Program-made: the position numbers and the translations under genes
The notes under the pieces: model-generated
Seen by the model: only the letters and a program-made list of their open reading frames with translations
The model's database searches: none
What the model was told of the DNA's origin: nothing
DNA from: Endomicrobiales bacterium
GTDB taxonomy: Bacteria > Elusimicrobiota > Endomicrobiia > Endomicrobiales > CAWCFT01
NCBI GenBank assembly: GCA_963794945.1
Contig: CAWCFT010000014.1
Location: 37,873-101,872 of the forward strand
DNA length: 64,000 nucleotides
Reading direction: 5' to 3'
Shown here: positions 43,497 to 53,568 of the stretch, piece by piece
Layout: the number at the start of each line of letters is the position of its first letter
Position numbering within the stretch: position 1 is the first letter of the stretch

Positions 43497-43814
43497 TTAT
43501 CTCCTGCAACATCTTTTTCTGCGTGCTAGTTTTACAATGCCTCCTTCTATTCTGAGCGCTTTGGCGTTTATAATTGCATCTGCTATCTTTTTATGCGCGG
43601 ACATTATGATATTGCCGAATGTCTGTCTTGATATACCCATTTTTTCCGCGGCCTTCTCCTGGTATTGCTCTTCAAGATCGGCAAGACGGATTGATTCATA
43701 CTCATCGATCTTAAGAACCACCTCTTCCAGCTCAGAGCAAGGTACTCCTGCCGGTTTGAAATAGTTGCTTTGCGGGCCTGAGCTGACCCGCCTGCATTTA
43801 CATGGCCTTGGCAT
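43497..43814 (-). CDS. DUF134 family DNA-binding protein
   Basis: MPRP.K.R.V, FKPAG, E.E.IRL.D, AA..MGISRQT. Confidence 0.88.
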   Translation of the reverse strand: MPRPCKCRRVSSGPQSNYFKPAGVPCSELEEVVLKIDEYESIRLADLEEQYQEKAAEKMGISRQTFGNIIMSAHKKIADAIINAKALRIEGGIVKLARRKRCCRR

Positions 43815-43831
43815 AATACCCCTCAAGTGTT

Positions 43832-43847
43832 ATTGGCATATGCTAAT
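43832..43847. promoter_or_regulatory. Palindromic operator upstream of the DUF134 operon
   Basis: ATTGGCATATGCTAAT (14/16 palindromic) between the -10 region and the RBS. Confidence 0.5.
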
Positions 43848-44423
43848 TATATACTATAATCTTCCTTTTGTCCAGCTCACAAATATATAATTTTTTCCAA
43901 ACGCTAACAGTTGAAACAAAATAAAAAAAACAGCTTTTCATGCCCGCCGTAGCTGTGTTATCAATATGGCGAATAGCCATGTCTATCGATAACACGTTAA
44001 GCACAGGCGGGTACCTGCTGTTTTCGTCTTAGAAATGTACGTCCCATTAGGGGTCAATTCATGAAATTATAACTATTGATTGATAATTCAATATGTTTAA
44101 GATGGGGAGGGTCCCGGACTAGACGCCATCCGGACCTGTTTTTACTGGATAATTGTAACATAATTATTATTGATGTTACAATGAATTACCTTCTATTTAT
44201 CTTGAGCCGCTTGCTTTAAGGTAACCGTACCAGATAAACTGGCAGAACAATGTATTAAAGAGTTTCTAATTATTTTTTCTTATTTATTGTTGTTCTTTCA
44301 TAAATCTCATGTTCAGGATATAAACTCCGCTTCCATTTCCAGCCAAAGAGCAGTCTGGTAATAAATCTAAACAGCCATAATCTACCTAAAATTCGTTTTA
44401 TTAGTCTCATGTTTTGCCATTCT

Positions 44424-45482
44424 TTATTTTGGAATTAAAGAAAATACTATAAAATATAATATCATCAGCAATAATCCTAACGGGAGGCCTATTTTTGCCC
44501 ATTGCTTGCTTGTTATGCCGAGCCTGTTGGCGGAGATAATATTAGGGATATTGCCGGGTATAAGCATGCCGCCCGAAATCAAAAGCCCCATAAGGATGTA
44601 TTGGATCTGCGGCAGGCTCATTTTGGGGCTTATTTCAGCAGCGGTCAATGTTGCGTTATCAAGAACTGCGGAAATCGTGTTGAGCCAGTAAAGTACGGGA
44701 CTTGGAAGCTTTATCACATATAGGTCAATTATAGGCTTAAAACCTGCGCCCAGATATATCAGCGCCATAATGAAAACGTAAACCTTGCCTGAATAAACAA
44801 AAATATCTTTTATACTGCTTTTTTCTTTTTCCTCAAGCGTGTCTTTGGAATATGCTTTGATTGAAGGTTCAATGATTGCCCCTATAATTCCCAACAACAG
44901 AATACCCGGCAGAACAAACACACCTATTGTTCTCAAAAGAAATAAAAAATCAGCGTGGTATGGCTCGCCTTTTAGTTTTGCTATGCATATCGTTGATAAA
45001 GGTTCGCCAATAGGGGTCAACGCTGCCCCCAATCCTATCACAAAACAACCAAGCACCACCAGCTTTATTTCATAGTTCTTGTCTAATTTCAGAGCATTGA
45101 CGACTTCAACAAGAATAATGGCCGCCATTATAGCCGTGATAACGCTTGACACAACACCTAAAACCGTAATAAGCATGAAACAAAATAGTTTTGAACCAAT
45201 CTTACGTTCTATTCTTACAATAAAATCAGTTATCAAATCCCTGAAATGATGCACGATTAGCCCAACAATCATAACCGCACCCGTTATCATCAGAGGCTCA
45301 ACCAGTGATTCTTTAATGAGTTTCAGCGACCAGACAGGTTCTTTACCAAAAAAATCAGACAAGGTCGCTGCAAATACGCCCATAATAAAAAGGAACACCT
45401 CTATGTTCCTTTCCACCGGCCGTATCATGACAGGCAGAACAAGCACTAAAATTATTATCAGGCACAGGCCGGTTTCAAGCAT
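44424..45482 (-). CDS. DUF1646 family membrane protein (putative cation transporter)
   Basis: GLGAALTPIGEPLSTI, SAVLDNATLTAAEI, GGMLIPGNIPNII. Confidence 0.8.
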   Translation of the reverse strand: MLETGLCLIIILVLVLPVMIRPVERNIEVFLFIMGVFAATLSDFFGKEPVWSLKLIKESLVEPLMITGAVMIVGLIVHHFRDLITDFIVRIERKIGSKLFCFMLITVLGVVSSVITAIMAAIILVEVVNALKLDKNYEIKLVVLGCFVIGLGAALTPIGEPLSTICIAKLKGEPYHADFLFLLRTIGVFVLPGILLLGIIGAIIEPSIKAYSKDTLEEKEKSSIKDIFVYSGKVYVFIMALIYLGAGFKPIIDLYVIKLPSPVLYWLNTISAVLDNATLTAAEISPKMSLPQIQYILMGLLISGGMLIPGNIPNIISANRLGITSKQWAKIGLPLGLLLMILYFIVFSLIPK

Positions 45483-45543
45483 TTTTCAAACCCTCTGCTG
45501 ATCTTTATTATCCATACCAGTTCTTTTTAGACTTTACTGAAAC

Positions 45544-45645
45544 AAAAAACCGATAATCGAATTAATATCCAATTATCGGCCCAAAAAATAGACCGTTCTC
45601 TGGACATTATATCCAGATGGCGGCCCGACCATCTTACCCTCCGGG
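45544..45645 (-). promoter_or_regulatory. Candidate Na+/Li+ riboswitch (DUF1646 or nhaA-I motif) with intrinsic terminator
   Basis: GGGT..AGATGG-TCGGGCCG-CCATCT hairpin, then terminator CCGATAAT/ATTATCGG-T6, in the 5' UTR of the DUF1646 gene. Confidence 0.55.
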
Positions 45646-45862
45646 AATATTTGCATCCTTTCCCGAACCCTTTGTGCATATTATATCATAATCTTAACTC
45701 TACATACTCAAAACTTTGTTTAAGGGGTGGCCTGCCTTTCATTGATATTCATTGTGGTACAATTTCCAAATGGGGTCGCACCAGAAGCATCTTAAAGGAT
45801 ATTTTTGCGCCCCGGTTCCGATGTTTATGCACATCGGTTATCCTAAGGCGCAATGATATTCT

Positions 45863-46701
45863 CTACCATTTCACCATAGCGCCGGTTTTAATATTGTTTT
45901 TGCCGTTCCGTTTGGCGGCATACATCAGGTCGTCGGCAAGTTTAATAATATCATCACTGTTTCTAGGAGGGTTCGTAAATGTAGCCAAACCAATGCTCAG
46001 GGAAATCGGCCACTGATTACTTAGTAGCCATTTTCATAAATTCTATACGAAGTTTTTCAGCAACTGTCATTGCGGATACGTTATTTGTTTCCGGCAAAAG
46101 CACGGCAAATTCGTCACCGCCCATTCTGGCGGCTGTATCTGAAGCGCGAAAAACGGATTTTAGAGTCATTTGCGGTTTCTTTAAGAGCTTTGTCCCCGAT
46201 ATTGTGCCCATGGCTGTCATTTACTATCCTTAAAATTGTCAACGTCCATATATATAAGGCTCATAGCCCGCTGGTACCTCATGGACCTGTCGATCTCACC
46301 GTTTAACGTGTCAGTCAAACGCTTTACTATTTGAAACCCGGTAAGGCTATCGATCCTTGCCAAAACTCTTTCTCGGCCAAGAACTTCCTTTAACATTCCC
46401 AATATTACCGCGTAACTCATAAAGATCGAGAATTTAACACTATATTAGTAATTTCCAGATCGTCAAACGACATAATATGCTTGTCAACAAAATATACATG
46501 AAGCCACGACAGCGAACACAGGAACCCTATAATAACTCCGTAATAAATCCCTGCAAACCATGCAACCAGGGAAATAGGGATCAGATAAAGCAAAGTAAAA
46601 GTAATTTCAACTCCGATCACTTTTACATCGAACCAATGCATCGCCGCTACGTAAGCCAGACACAATATAAACATCGCCGGTTTGAAATATTTATTTGCCA
46701 T
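45863..46701 (-). CDS. Membrane-bound diguanylate cyclase (GGDEF), several frameshifts
   Basis: TM N-terminus, DSLTG, DVDNFK, RMGGDEF, ADDLMYAAKRNGKN, spread over several frames. Confidence 0.75.
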
Positions 46702-46727
46702 ACGTTGGTTCCCTGAAATATTAATAA

Positions 46728-47114
46728 TTAATTATTCCCGTTTCCATTATTCTTTCTGCTTTTAATAAAAATGTAAACGATAAAAACAATAAATACTACT
46801 ATCAAGCCTAAGATCAGCCAGTCCTGAAACGATTTTGAAAACATTCTCTCCTCCCTGACTTTATGCAAGGAAATTTTATTATAAAGCCAGGCTATTATAA
46901 CCCCGGCTAAGCCTGCGTCAAAGAAACCCCATATCCCGCCTATTATGCTGCCGGGCATAGTCGGTTTATAGCCTATATATAATGTGGCCATGCCGTGCAT
47001 TATCCCGCTGCCCCAGATGCTTCCCATATTTATCAGCCCCAGAAATAAACATCGCCAAGCCCCAAAAAATACCCAACGTCAAGCCCTAATGCTATCAGCG
47101 TCTAATTTGAACAT
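46728..47114 (-). CDS. Small membrane protein(s), frameshifted
   Basis: LYIGYKPT..GSIIGGIWGFFD...IAWLYN; RBS AAGGAGG before the ATG at 47114. Confidence 0.5.
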
Positions 47115-47131
47115 GACACCCTCCTTTTGAA

Positions 47132-48472
47132 TTACTTGATATGCAGTTTTTGCGCTATATAGTTTAAAAATTTTACAATCCTGCTTTCCTGGATATTTCT
47201 GTTTTGATGTCCCCCACTTCGCTGCCCGCGGTCGAAATCAATGAACTGCGATTTTTTTATAATGAACACCTGCGACGGGTACACGCTCCTGTGCCCTGTC
47301 ATAAAGTAGCTGATAACGCAAGACATCGCGGCGTACGGCGCGATCTGCGGGCCGAAAAGCTCTATTGCCATAATGCTTGAGGCTATTGGTGTGTTGGTGG
47401 CCCCGGCAAGAACGCTCACAAGGCCTATTGCCGCGAATGTCGCGATATCAAGATGCAACAGCCCGGCGACAAGCGTACCTGAAGCCGCCCCGGTAAATAG
47501 TATCGGCGTTATAATTCCGCCGCTTCCACCAAAACCGAGAGTTATGCCGGTAAATACCGCTTTAAGCAGAAAGGAATACCAGTGCGTGCTGTGCCCGGCA
47601 AGCGTGCTCTTAATAGTATCGATGCCAAGACCGAGATATTCTTTAGAAAATACAACCGCAAGAACCACCAAGAGCGCACCGCCCAAAAGGGCTTTCAAAG
47701 GTTTACTTATGCTGAGTTTTTCCGAATATTTTCCTATAGCACTCACTATTTCTATAAATATTATCGCGCAAATGCCGAAAAGTATACCGGCTATCATAAC
47801 GTTGACAAAAAATGCCTGGCTGAACACAGGAACAAAATTGATAGGGTGGTAAAAATAAACAATGCCCATGTGCGACGTCATCTGGTAGCTAACAAGTCCG
47901 GCTATGAACGAAGGAAGAAGCACATCGTACAACAACCTGCCGGCAAATAGCACTTCAACGCCGAAGATCGCACCCGCAATAGGCGTGCCGAACACAGATG
48001 CAAACCCGGCGCTGATGCCGCAGATTACAAGTTTCTGCCTTTCGCTGTCCTTTAACCTGAGCAGGTCAGCCAATGTAGACGCTATGCCAGCGCCTATCTG
48101 CGCGGACGGCCCTTCTTTGCCTGCTGAGCCTCCAAGAGCTATCGTAATAACGGTAGCAACGAACTTTACCGGCACAACTATCGCTTTTATTCTTCCAGAA
48201 TTCTTATGTACAGCTTCTATTACTTTTTCCGTTCCGTGCCCTTTGGCATCCGGCGCTATGTAATTTACCAGCATAACGCACAACAGAAAACCCAGCGGCA
48301 GCAGTAAAAAGTAATAGGTATACTGAGAAGCAAAGTGTATGCCCCAATCAAGCGTCTTAAGAAAAAGAGCGGTAGAAACACCTACAAGGATCCCGGTGCC
48401 TATCGCTAGTATTAGCCACTTGGAAATACTGATGAATATCAAAACGCTTTCAGTGATGTGTTTTTTTGGCAT
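47132..48472 (-). CDS. CLC family chloride channel/antiporter
   Basis: GSAGKEGP, FGTPIAGAIFGVE. Confidence 0.9.
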   Translation of the reverse strand: MPKKHITESVLIFISISKWLILAIGTGILVGVSTALFLKTLDWGIHFASQYTYYFLLLPLGFLLCVMLVNYIAPDAKGHGTEKVIEAVHKNSGRIKAIVVPVKFVATVITIALGGSAGKEGPSAQIGAGIASTLADLLRLKDSERQKLVICGISAGFASVFGTPIAGAIFGVEVLFAGRLLYDVLLPSFIAGLVSYQMTSHMGIVYFYHPINFVPVFSQAFFVNVMIAGILFGICAIIFIEIVSAIGKYSEKLSISKPLKALLGGALLVVLAVVFSKEYLGLGIDTIKSTLAGHSTHWYSFLLKAVFTGITLGFGGSGGIITPILFTGAASGTLVAGLLHLDIATFAAIGLVSVLAGATNTPIASSIMAIELFGPQIAPYAAMSCVISYFMTGHRSVYPSQVFIIKKSQFIDFDRGQRSGGHQNRNIQESRIVKFLNYIAQKLHIK

Positions 48473-48484
48473 GTTTTTCCTTTT

Positions 48485-49003
48485 TCAATTCAAATAATAA
48501 ACGCTGAAATTGAGTACTGTTACATAAGATATCCATACCAGGTACGGTACAAGAAGATATGCCGCCGGTCTCGATATCCCGTAAAACCTGTTAATAGTCC
48601 AGGCAACCGAGCCGAGCAGATAAAGTATCATGATCAACCCGCCGACGGTAGAGCATATGCCGAAAAAAGCGACCGGCCAGCATATATTTGCGGCCAACTG
48701 GATATAGAATATCATCAGAGCTTCGCTCTTTTTATATGTTGTTTTTTGCTCCCAAACCAGAAAAACGGAAATGCCCATTAGCACAAACAGCACGGCCCAA
48801 ACCGGCGCGAAAACCCGGTTGGGCAAAGCGAACCTGGGTTTTGTCAGGTATTTGAACCAGGTATAAAAGGTTATCCTGGCATAAACTAAACCTATATATC
48901 CGGCAAACAAGCACGATGTTACGCTTGCAAGCAACTTCAAAACCCGCATAGCCATTATTTTAAGCGCATCGGCTTTGTTGTCATACGTTATAGAATAACT
49001 CAT
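48485..49003 (-). CDS. tspO: TspO/MBR family membrane protein
   Basis: L.KP...P..VF.PVW, LLVPYLVW. Confidence 0.85.
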   Translation of the reverse strand: MSYSITYDNKADALKIMAMRVLKLLASVTSCLFAGYIGLVYARITFYTWFKYLTKPRFALPNRVFAPVWAVLFVLMGISVFLVWEQKTTYKKSEALMIFYIQLAANICWPVAFFGICSTVGGLIMILYLLGSVAWTINRFYGISRPAAYLLVPYLVWISYVTVLNFSVYYLN

Positions 49004-49007
49004 TCTT

Positions 49008-49232
49008 TTACCTCTGTGATATCGGCGCCTGGCGGCGTATAAGCCTTATTCTCTTCCAGAATGTACCTATAGAGAAAACTGTGCTTAACACTGCTGATAT
49101 CAGAACTTGAAACACGATACTGCCGTTGTCCGGATCAACATAACAATACGCCAACCTCGGGAACAGGCAGTATACAAGAAAAACAGATATCCCCGGTAAA
49201 ATACGATATCTAAATTTTCTTATAAGTATCAT
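49008..49232 (-). CDS. Small hypothetical membrane protein
   Basis: AYCYVDPDNGSIVFQ followed by a TM segment. Confidence 0.5.
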   Translation of the reverse strand: MILIRKFRYRILPGISVFLVYCLFPRLAYCYVDPDNGSIVFQVLISAVLSTVFSIGTFWKRIRLIRRQAPISQR

Positions 49233-49299
49233 AAGAAGCTCCCACTAAATCGCAAAATACAGATAACGGAGAAGCGGCCTGAAACACGACAACGTGAAA

Positions 49300-50004
49300 T
49301 TATTGGGGCTTTTGGTCTGTTTTTACGCCTTCGGTTTCACCGATACTGGATTCCATTTCCTTGTCAACAATGCCTATCTCTATGCGCCTGTTCTGTTTGC
49401 GGCCCAAATCTGTATCGTTTGAAGCTATGGGGTCATTATCACCGCGCCCTACCGCTACCAGGCTCTTCGAAGATATACCGGCTTCCTGCAAATATCTCAC
49501 TATTCTTGTTGCCCTGAGAGCCGAAAATTCCCAGTTAGTTGCAATAACTGTTTGCAGTTTCGGCTTTATGGGCACATTATCCGTATGGCCTACAACACGC
49601 ACTACGGTATCCGGCATAGTTTTAATATTTCCTACGAGTTTCTTAAGAAGTTCTTTTCCGCTTTCTTTCAGTTTTGAGCTTCCCGAGTTAAAGAAAACAC
49701 TTTCCTCCATCCCAACCTTGACAATATTCTTGTACTTGTTTACGGTCAATTGCCCCTGATTTATTTCATCCTGAAACGTTTTGGCCAGAGTATCATATCT
49801 GCTTTGGGACTGCTGAGCGCTGCTTTCAATTACTCCTGATCTCAATGACTGGTTTTCCGCTTTAAGTGCAATATTTTCTTTTTCAAGCTGGCTCAGCGTG
49901 GCATTATTTGGAGCGCCACCTGGGGTATTATTTGAAAGGCTGGCGCATCCCAATAAAACGAAAGACAGCATCATCAGACTAAAGTATGTGACGATCTTTT
50001 TCAT
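49300..50004 (-). CDS. OmpA/MotB domain lipoprotein
   Basis: Lipobox LLGC; GHTDN, NWEFS..RA, NRRIEI. Confidence 0.85.
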   Translation of the reverse strand: MKKIVTYFSLMMLSFVLLGCASLSNNTPGGAPNNATLSQLEKENIALKAENQSLRSGVIESSAQQSQSRYDTLAKTFQDEINQGQLTVNKYKNIVKVGMEESVFFNSGSSKLKESGKELLKKLVGNIKTMPDTVVRVVGHTDNVPIKPKLQTVIATNWEFSALRATRIVRYLQEAGISSKSLVAVGRGDNDPIASNDTDLGRKQNRRIEIGIVDKEMESSIGETEGVKTDQKPQ

Positions 50005-50099
50005 ATTAATCTCCTGGTATTTTTGTTATTTTGATGCCTTAGCTGGCATTCTGTTTGGTACAACTGCAGGAATATGCCTATTTCCCCTGCTACCCTTAA

Positions 50100-50606
50100 T
50101 TACTGTGCTTTCGCATTCCTGATCTTTGTCTCCGCTCTCCTGTTCTTGCTCCAAGCCGATTCATTATGACCCGGATCTACTGGCTTCTCGCTGCCGTACG
50201 AAATTACGGCAATACGGTTTACCGGCACACCCAATAATCCATAATACTCGCGCACGACGGAAGCACGCCGCTCACCCAATGCAAGATTGTAAGCTATTGT
50301 GCCGCGCTCGTCACAGTTACCCTCAACTAGAATATCGTATTTTTCATTCGCTTTTAGATAGTCAGCATTGGTTTTTAATGCTTCGCGGGCGGCGGGCAAC
50401 AGTTCGCTTTTGTCAAAAGCGAAATATGCCGATTCCAGCTCAGGCACAGTTTGCCAATCCGAGAACCGGCTTGATTGATCTTCGGTTTTTACAGGCGCGG
50501 GAGCCTGAACCGGAGTCACGTCTTGGGTCGGTTTAATCATCTGTCTTTTTGCGGCGCACCCAAACACAAAAAAACTCATCGCAAACAACAAAAACATTTT
50601 TTTCAT
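50100..50606 (-). CDS. pal: Peptidoglycan-associated lipoprotein
   Basis: FGC lipobox, EGNCDERGT..YNLALGERRA, SYG.EKP, KNRRAE. Confidence 0.88.
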   Translation of the reverse strand: MKKMFLLFAMSFFVFGCAAKRQMIKPTQDVTPVQAPAPVKTEDQSSRFSDWQTVPELESAYFAFDKSELLPAAREALKTNADYLKANEKYDILVEGNCDERGTIAYNLALGERRASVVREYYGLLGVPVNRIAVISYGSEKPVDPGHNESAWSKNRRAETKIRNAKAQ

Positions 50607-50658
50607 AACACACTGCCTCCTATTAAATTAAATTTCACTATCTTTATTTATCGCACAA

Positions 50659-51009
50659 TTATTTAACAGGGGATTCAGTCGTATTAAATGAGTACGAATA
50701 AACAAGCCCCTTATTATCAAATTTAACTACTAAGTCCTGCGCGCTGGGTTCGCTAAATAAACTGTAGTGGTATTTACCGTACGTCCAGCTCTGCCGTCCG
50801 TCTTCCATTCCTGTTCGCCAGGGTGAGCCGAACATTGAAACTATCTCAGCCTGCGTAGTTTTTCCTATCTGGATCTTCGGCACAGCTGCTGCTGCAAAAT
50901 CGTGCCCGATAGTTGCGCAACCGCCTATTACAACCAGCGACAACAACGACAACCCAAAAACCATCCATCTTGACACACCTGAACCGGCCTTTGACTTACA
51001 GTTCTGCAT
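50659..51009 (-). CDS. BamE/SmpA-like lipoprotein
   Basis: GGC lipobox; IQIGKTT..EI...FGSP, W.Y. Confidence 0.65.
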   Translation of the reverse strand: MQNCKSKAGSGVSRWMVFGLSLLSLVVIGGCATIGHDFAAAAVPKIQIGKTTQAEIVSMFGSPWRTGMEDGRQSWTYGKYHYSLFSEPSAQDLVVKFDNKGLVYSYSFNTTESPVK

Positions 51010-51030
51010 TTGAATTCCTCCTGAGCATGT

Positions 51031-52686
51031 TTAATTTCTGGAAGTGATCTGGTCCCTGTTGTTTGTGTTTGAATTCTGCCCCATTATCACAATGCACCTG
51101 GATTTTGGGCATGCGATATTTTCCTCGAACGGGGCCTTGGTCATTGGCAAAATGCTTGTACTGCGCACTTCGCCATTATAATCCATCTCCTTTATGCAAA
51201 TATACTTATCTCTGGTTTCGATACGAATGTGATGATTGCCGGGGGTTAAGACAACAGCGTCGTTATCTTCCACAACCGGAGAAAAATCCCTGATATCACC
51301 GAACTTGTAACCCATTGATTTCAGGCCTTTAACGATCTGTTTTAAATACTCCAGCTTGACGAACGGATGAAAGAAAAAGCTGGCGTAACCATCGCGCACG
51401 GCAAGGTTAAGCTTAGCTGCGTCTAGAATATATTTTGTATCAGGTTTTTCCCCATGTACATAGCCAAGGTTTTCCGGAATTATGCGCTCACCGTACACGT
51501 CCTTTACTGGGTATGGGAAAAATTGGTCGCTGTCTGAATTATCCATTGTATTTCTTCTTTCGTAACTGACACTGAAATACTTCTTTATCGCGCAGAATGC
51601 ATTGCCGGAAGCGATATAATGAGGCGTTTCCCAAACCAAAGGATATATACCATTAAGCAAACATTCTTTTATGCCTTTATCAATTCTTATTGAATCGTTC
51701 TCTACCGAGTCACCTTCGACTGGTTTTTCGGATGCTATATCCCAGAACTCATAATCTTCCGCGCTGACCCCTTTGTACTGATGCGTATAACCGTGAAGCA
51801 CAATAGACCCGCCAAGCCCGGGTATTGCCCTTAGCGCCGCGAGAAGTTCTGGTTTTTCATTAAGATGTATCTCTTGTTTCAAGGTAGGATTTATGTACAC
51901 CGGAACTAAGGCAACAGCGAAAGGAATTTTTTGTGAGTACAGGTATTGAGCCGTTTCAAGAAGCGATTTTGGATCACTCTCAGGGTTTACATCTTCCAGC
52001 CTGACAAGCCCGGTGTGGTGTTTCTTGTGGTATTCTCCGGTAATATCGTGCAGGACATCGGCGAAAACTATATACCTGTCTTTTTCGGACACATAAGCAA
52101 AAGGAGAATCCGCGACGTACCAGAAATTATGCGAATTTACTATATAAGGCGTTCTGTTCCCTTTATTATCTACCGAGTAAGCTTTAACCTTTGCAATAGA
52201 GGGATCATCAATATCGACAATATTGATGCCGCCGGCTGCTTTAGGGAATGCAACCCCTTGGTAAACAACTTTATTAAATGTAGAATTTTCAATATATCTA
52301 TTAAAGTGAAAGCCAAACTTTCTTTCCATTTTTTGCTGGTCAAGCCCGCGAAGCTGCAGATTTATCCAGCAAAATGTTTTATTGGTATTTAGGACATCCG
52401 CCTTAAACGCAGCTGGCAGGTCATATTCAGCCTCGTAATTAATGTAAAAAACAATATCAAATAGATCTATCATGCCGCGTTGATAGTTGGATACTGGACA
52501 AAACTCTACATGTGTATCGAAATGGCCCAGCAGGTTTGCGATACACTTTGCTTCAGACAGCGCGGGCTGGGTTTTATCATCGCCGCGGTCAAACAAAACC
52601 ATTACTTTCTTAGCCGATGCGTTAACCCGCGCCCCGCAGAAAATAGCGACGGCCAACAAGCATAATAGAAACCTTAATTTGCGCAT
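51031..52686 (-). CDS. DUF2334 / polysaccharide deacetylase family secreted protein
   Basis: RLEDV, LHGYTH, WETPHY, SFFFHP. Confidence 0.8.
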   Translation of the reverse strand: MRKLRFLLCLLAVAIFCGARVNASAKKVMVLFDRGDDKTQPALSEAKCIANLLGHFDTHVEFCPVSNYQRGMIDLFDIVFYINYEAEYDLPAAFKADVLNTNKTFCWINLQLRGLDQQKMERKFGFHFNRYIENSTFNKVVYQGVAFPKAAGGINIVDIDDPSIAKVKAYSVDNKGNRTPYIVNSHNFWYVADSPFAYVSEKDRYIVFADVLHDITGEYHKKHHTGLVRLEDVNPESDPKSLLETAQYLYSQKIPFAVALVPVYINPTLKQEIHLNEKPELLAALRAIPGLGGSIVLHGYTHQYKGVSAEDYEFWDIASEKPVEGDSVENDSIRIDKGIKECLLNGIYPLVWETPHYIASGNAFCAIKKYFSVSYERRNTMDNSDSDQFFPYPVKDVYGERIIPENLGYVHGEKPDTKYILDAAKLNLAVRDGYASFFFHPFVKLEYLKQIVKGLKSMGYKFGDIRDFSPVVEDNDAVVLTPGNHHIRIETRDKYICIKEMDYNGEVRSTSILPMTKAPFEENIACPKSRCIVIMGQNSNTNNRDQITSRN

Positions 52687-52696
52687 TATTTCCTTC

Positions 52697-53293
52697 TTAT
52701 TTTGGTTTTACAATCCCGTTTAAGAATATATCCCACAAGGTATTAAACTTCGTCATAGGGGCCACGGTATAGTTTGTAAGCGCGTACTGAATAGCGGTTA
52801 TCTGAACAAGGCCGAAAAACGTCAGGCTTACTGAGTCCAGGTCTATATTATCCCTTATAAGTTTCTCGGTCTGGGCATTGCGCAATATGGCTTTTATCCT
52901 GCCTTTATATCTTTCTATTACATCAAGGATGTTCTTGCGCAATATTTTGTCGTCGAAATGCACCGATGCCGCGGTGATGGCAAATAGTTCTGACTTTCGC
53001 TCTTCGGTGTATTTTAAATGAACGTACATTATGTTTTTGAGTACTTGAATGGAATCCTCATCGCTTTTAATAGTCGAATCTATAGCCTTCATTAAATTTG
53101 TTTCAAAATCTTCTATAAGCAGCTGCAGTATCGCGCGCTTGCTTTTGAAGTGCCTGTAAATAGCTCCCTCGGTTATCCTGTTTTTCGCTGCGATATTCCT
53201 TATAGTGACGGCATTGACCCCTCTATGCATTATCAATTCGCGCGCAGACTGAACGATCTCGCTTTGCCTGATAGCTGTTTTATGCCTGGCCAT
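52697..53293 (-). CDS. TetR/AcrR family regulator
   Basis: TIRNIA....TEGAIYRHFKSK. Confidence 0.9.
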   Translation of the reverse strand: MARHKTAIRQSEIVQSARELIMHRGVNAVTIRNIAAKNRITEGAIYRHFKSKRAILQLLIEDFETNLMKAIDSTIKSDEDSIQVLKNIMYVHLKYTEERKSELFAITAASVHFDDKILRKNILDVIERYKGRIKAILRNAQTEKLIRDNIDLDSVSLTFFGLVQITAIQYALTNYTVAPMTKFNTLWDIFLNGIVKPK

Positions 53294-53328
53294 TATTAAC
53301 CCCCTGTTATTATATTGCCGTCGTACAA

Positions 53329-53348
53329 GTAAGTATGTGTTTACTTAC
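53329..53348. promoter_or_regulatory. Probable TetR operator
   Basis: GTAAGTA-N6-TACTTAC perfect inverted repeat upstream of the tetR-family gene. Confidence 0.6.
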
Positions 53349-53568
53349 ATAAAGAATATAGCACAATGAATTATTTTTGTCAACCCCCTCTCCCTGACTT
53401 TTTCGGACAAAATAAAAAACACACCACGCAGTTAAGCGCAATGTGGTTTCAGTTTAGAACTCATTACCGCAGTATCCCCGCCCCATCCAGACAGAGCAGG
53501 TGTCTTTTTCCCGATTTGCGATGGCTCTTGGGAGGAGTAATGAGTTTGTATATCTTTGGAATCTACGG

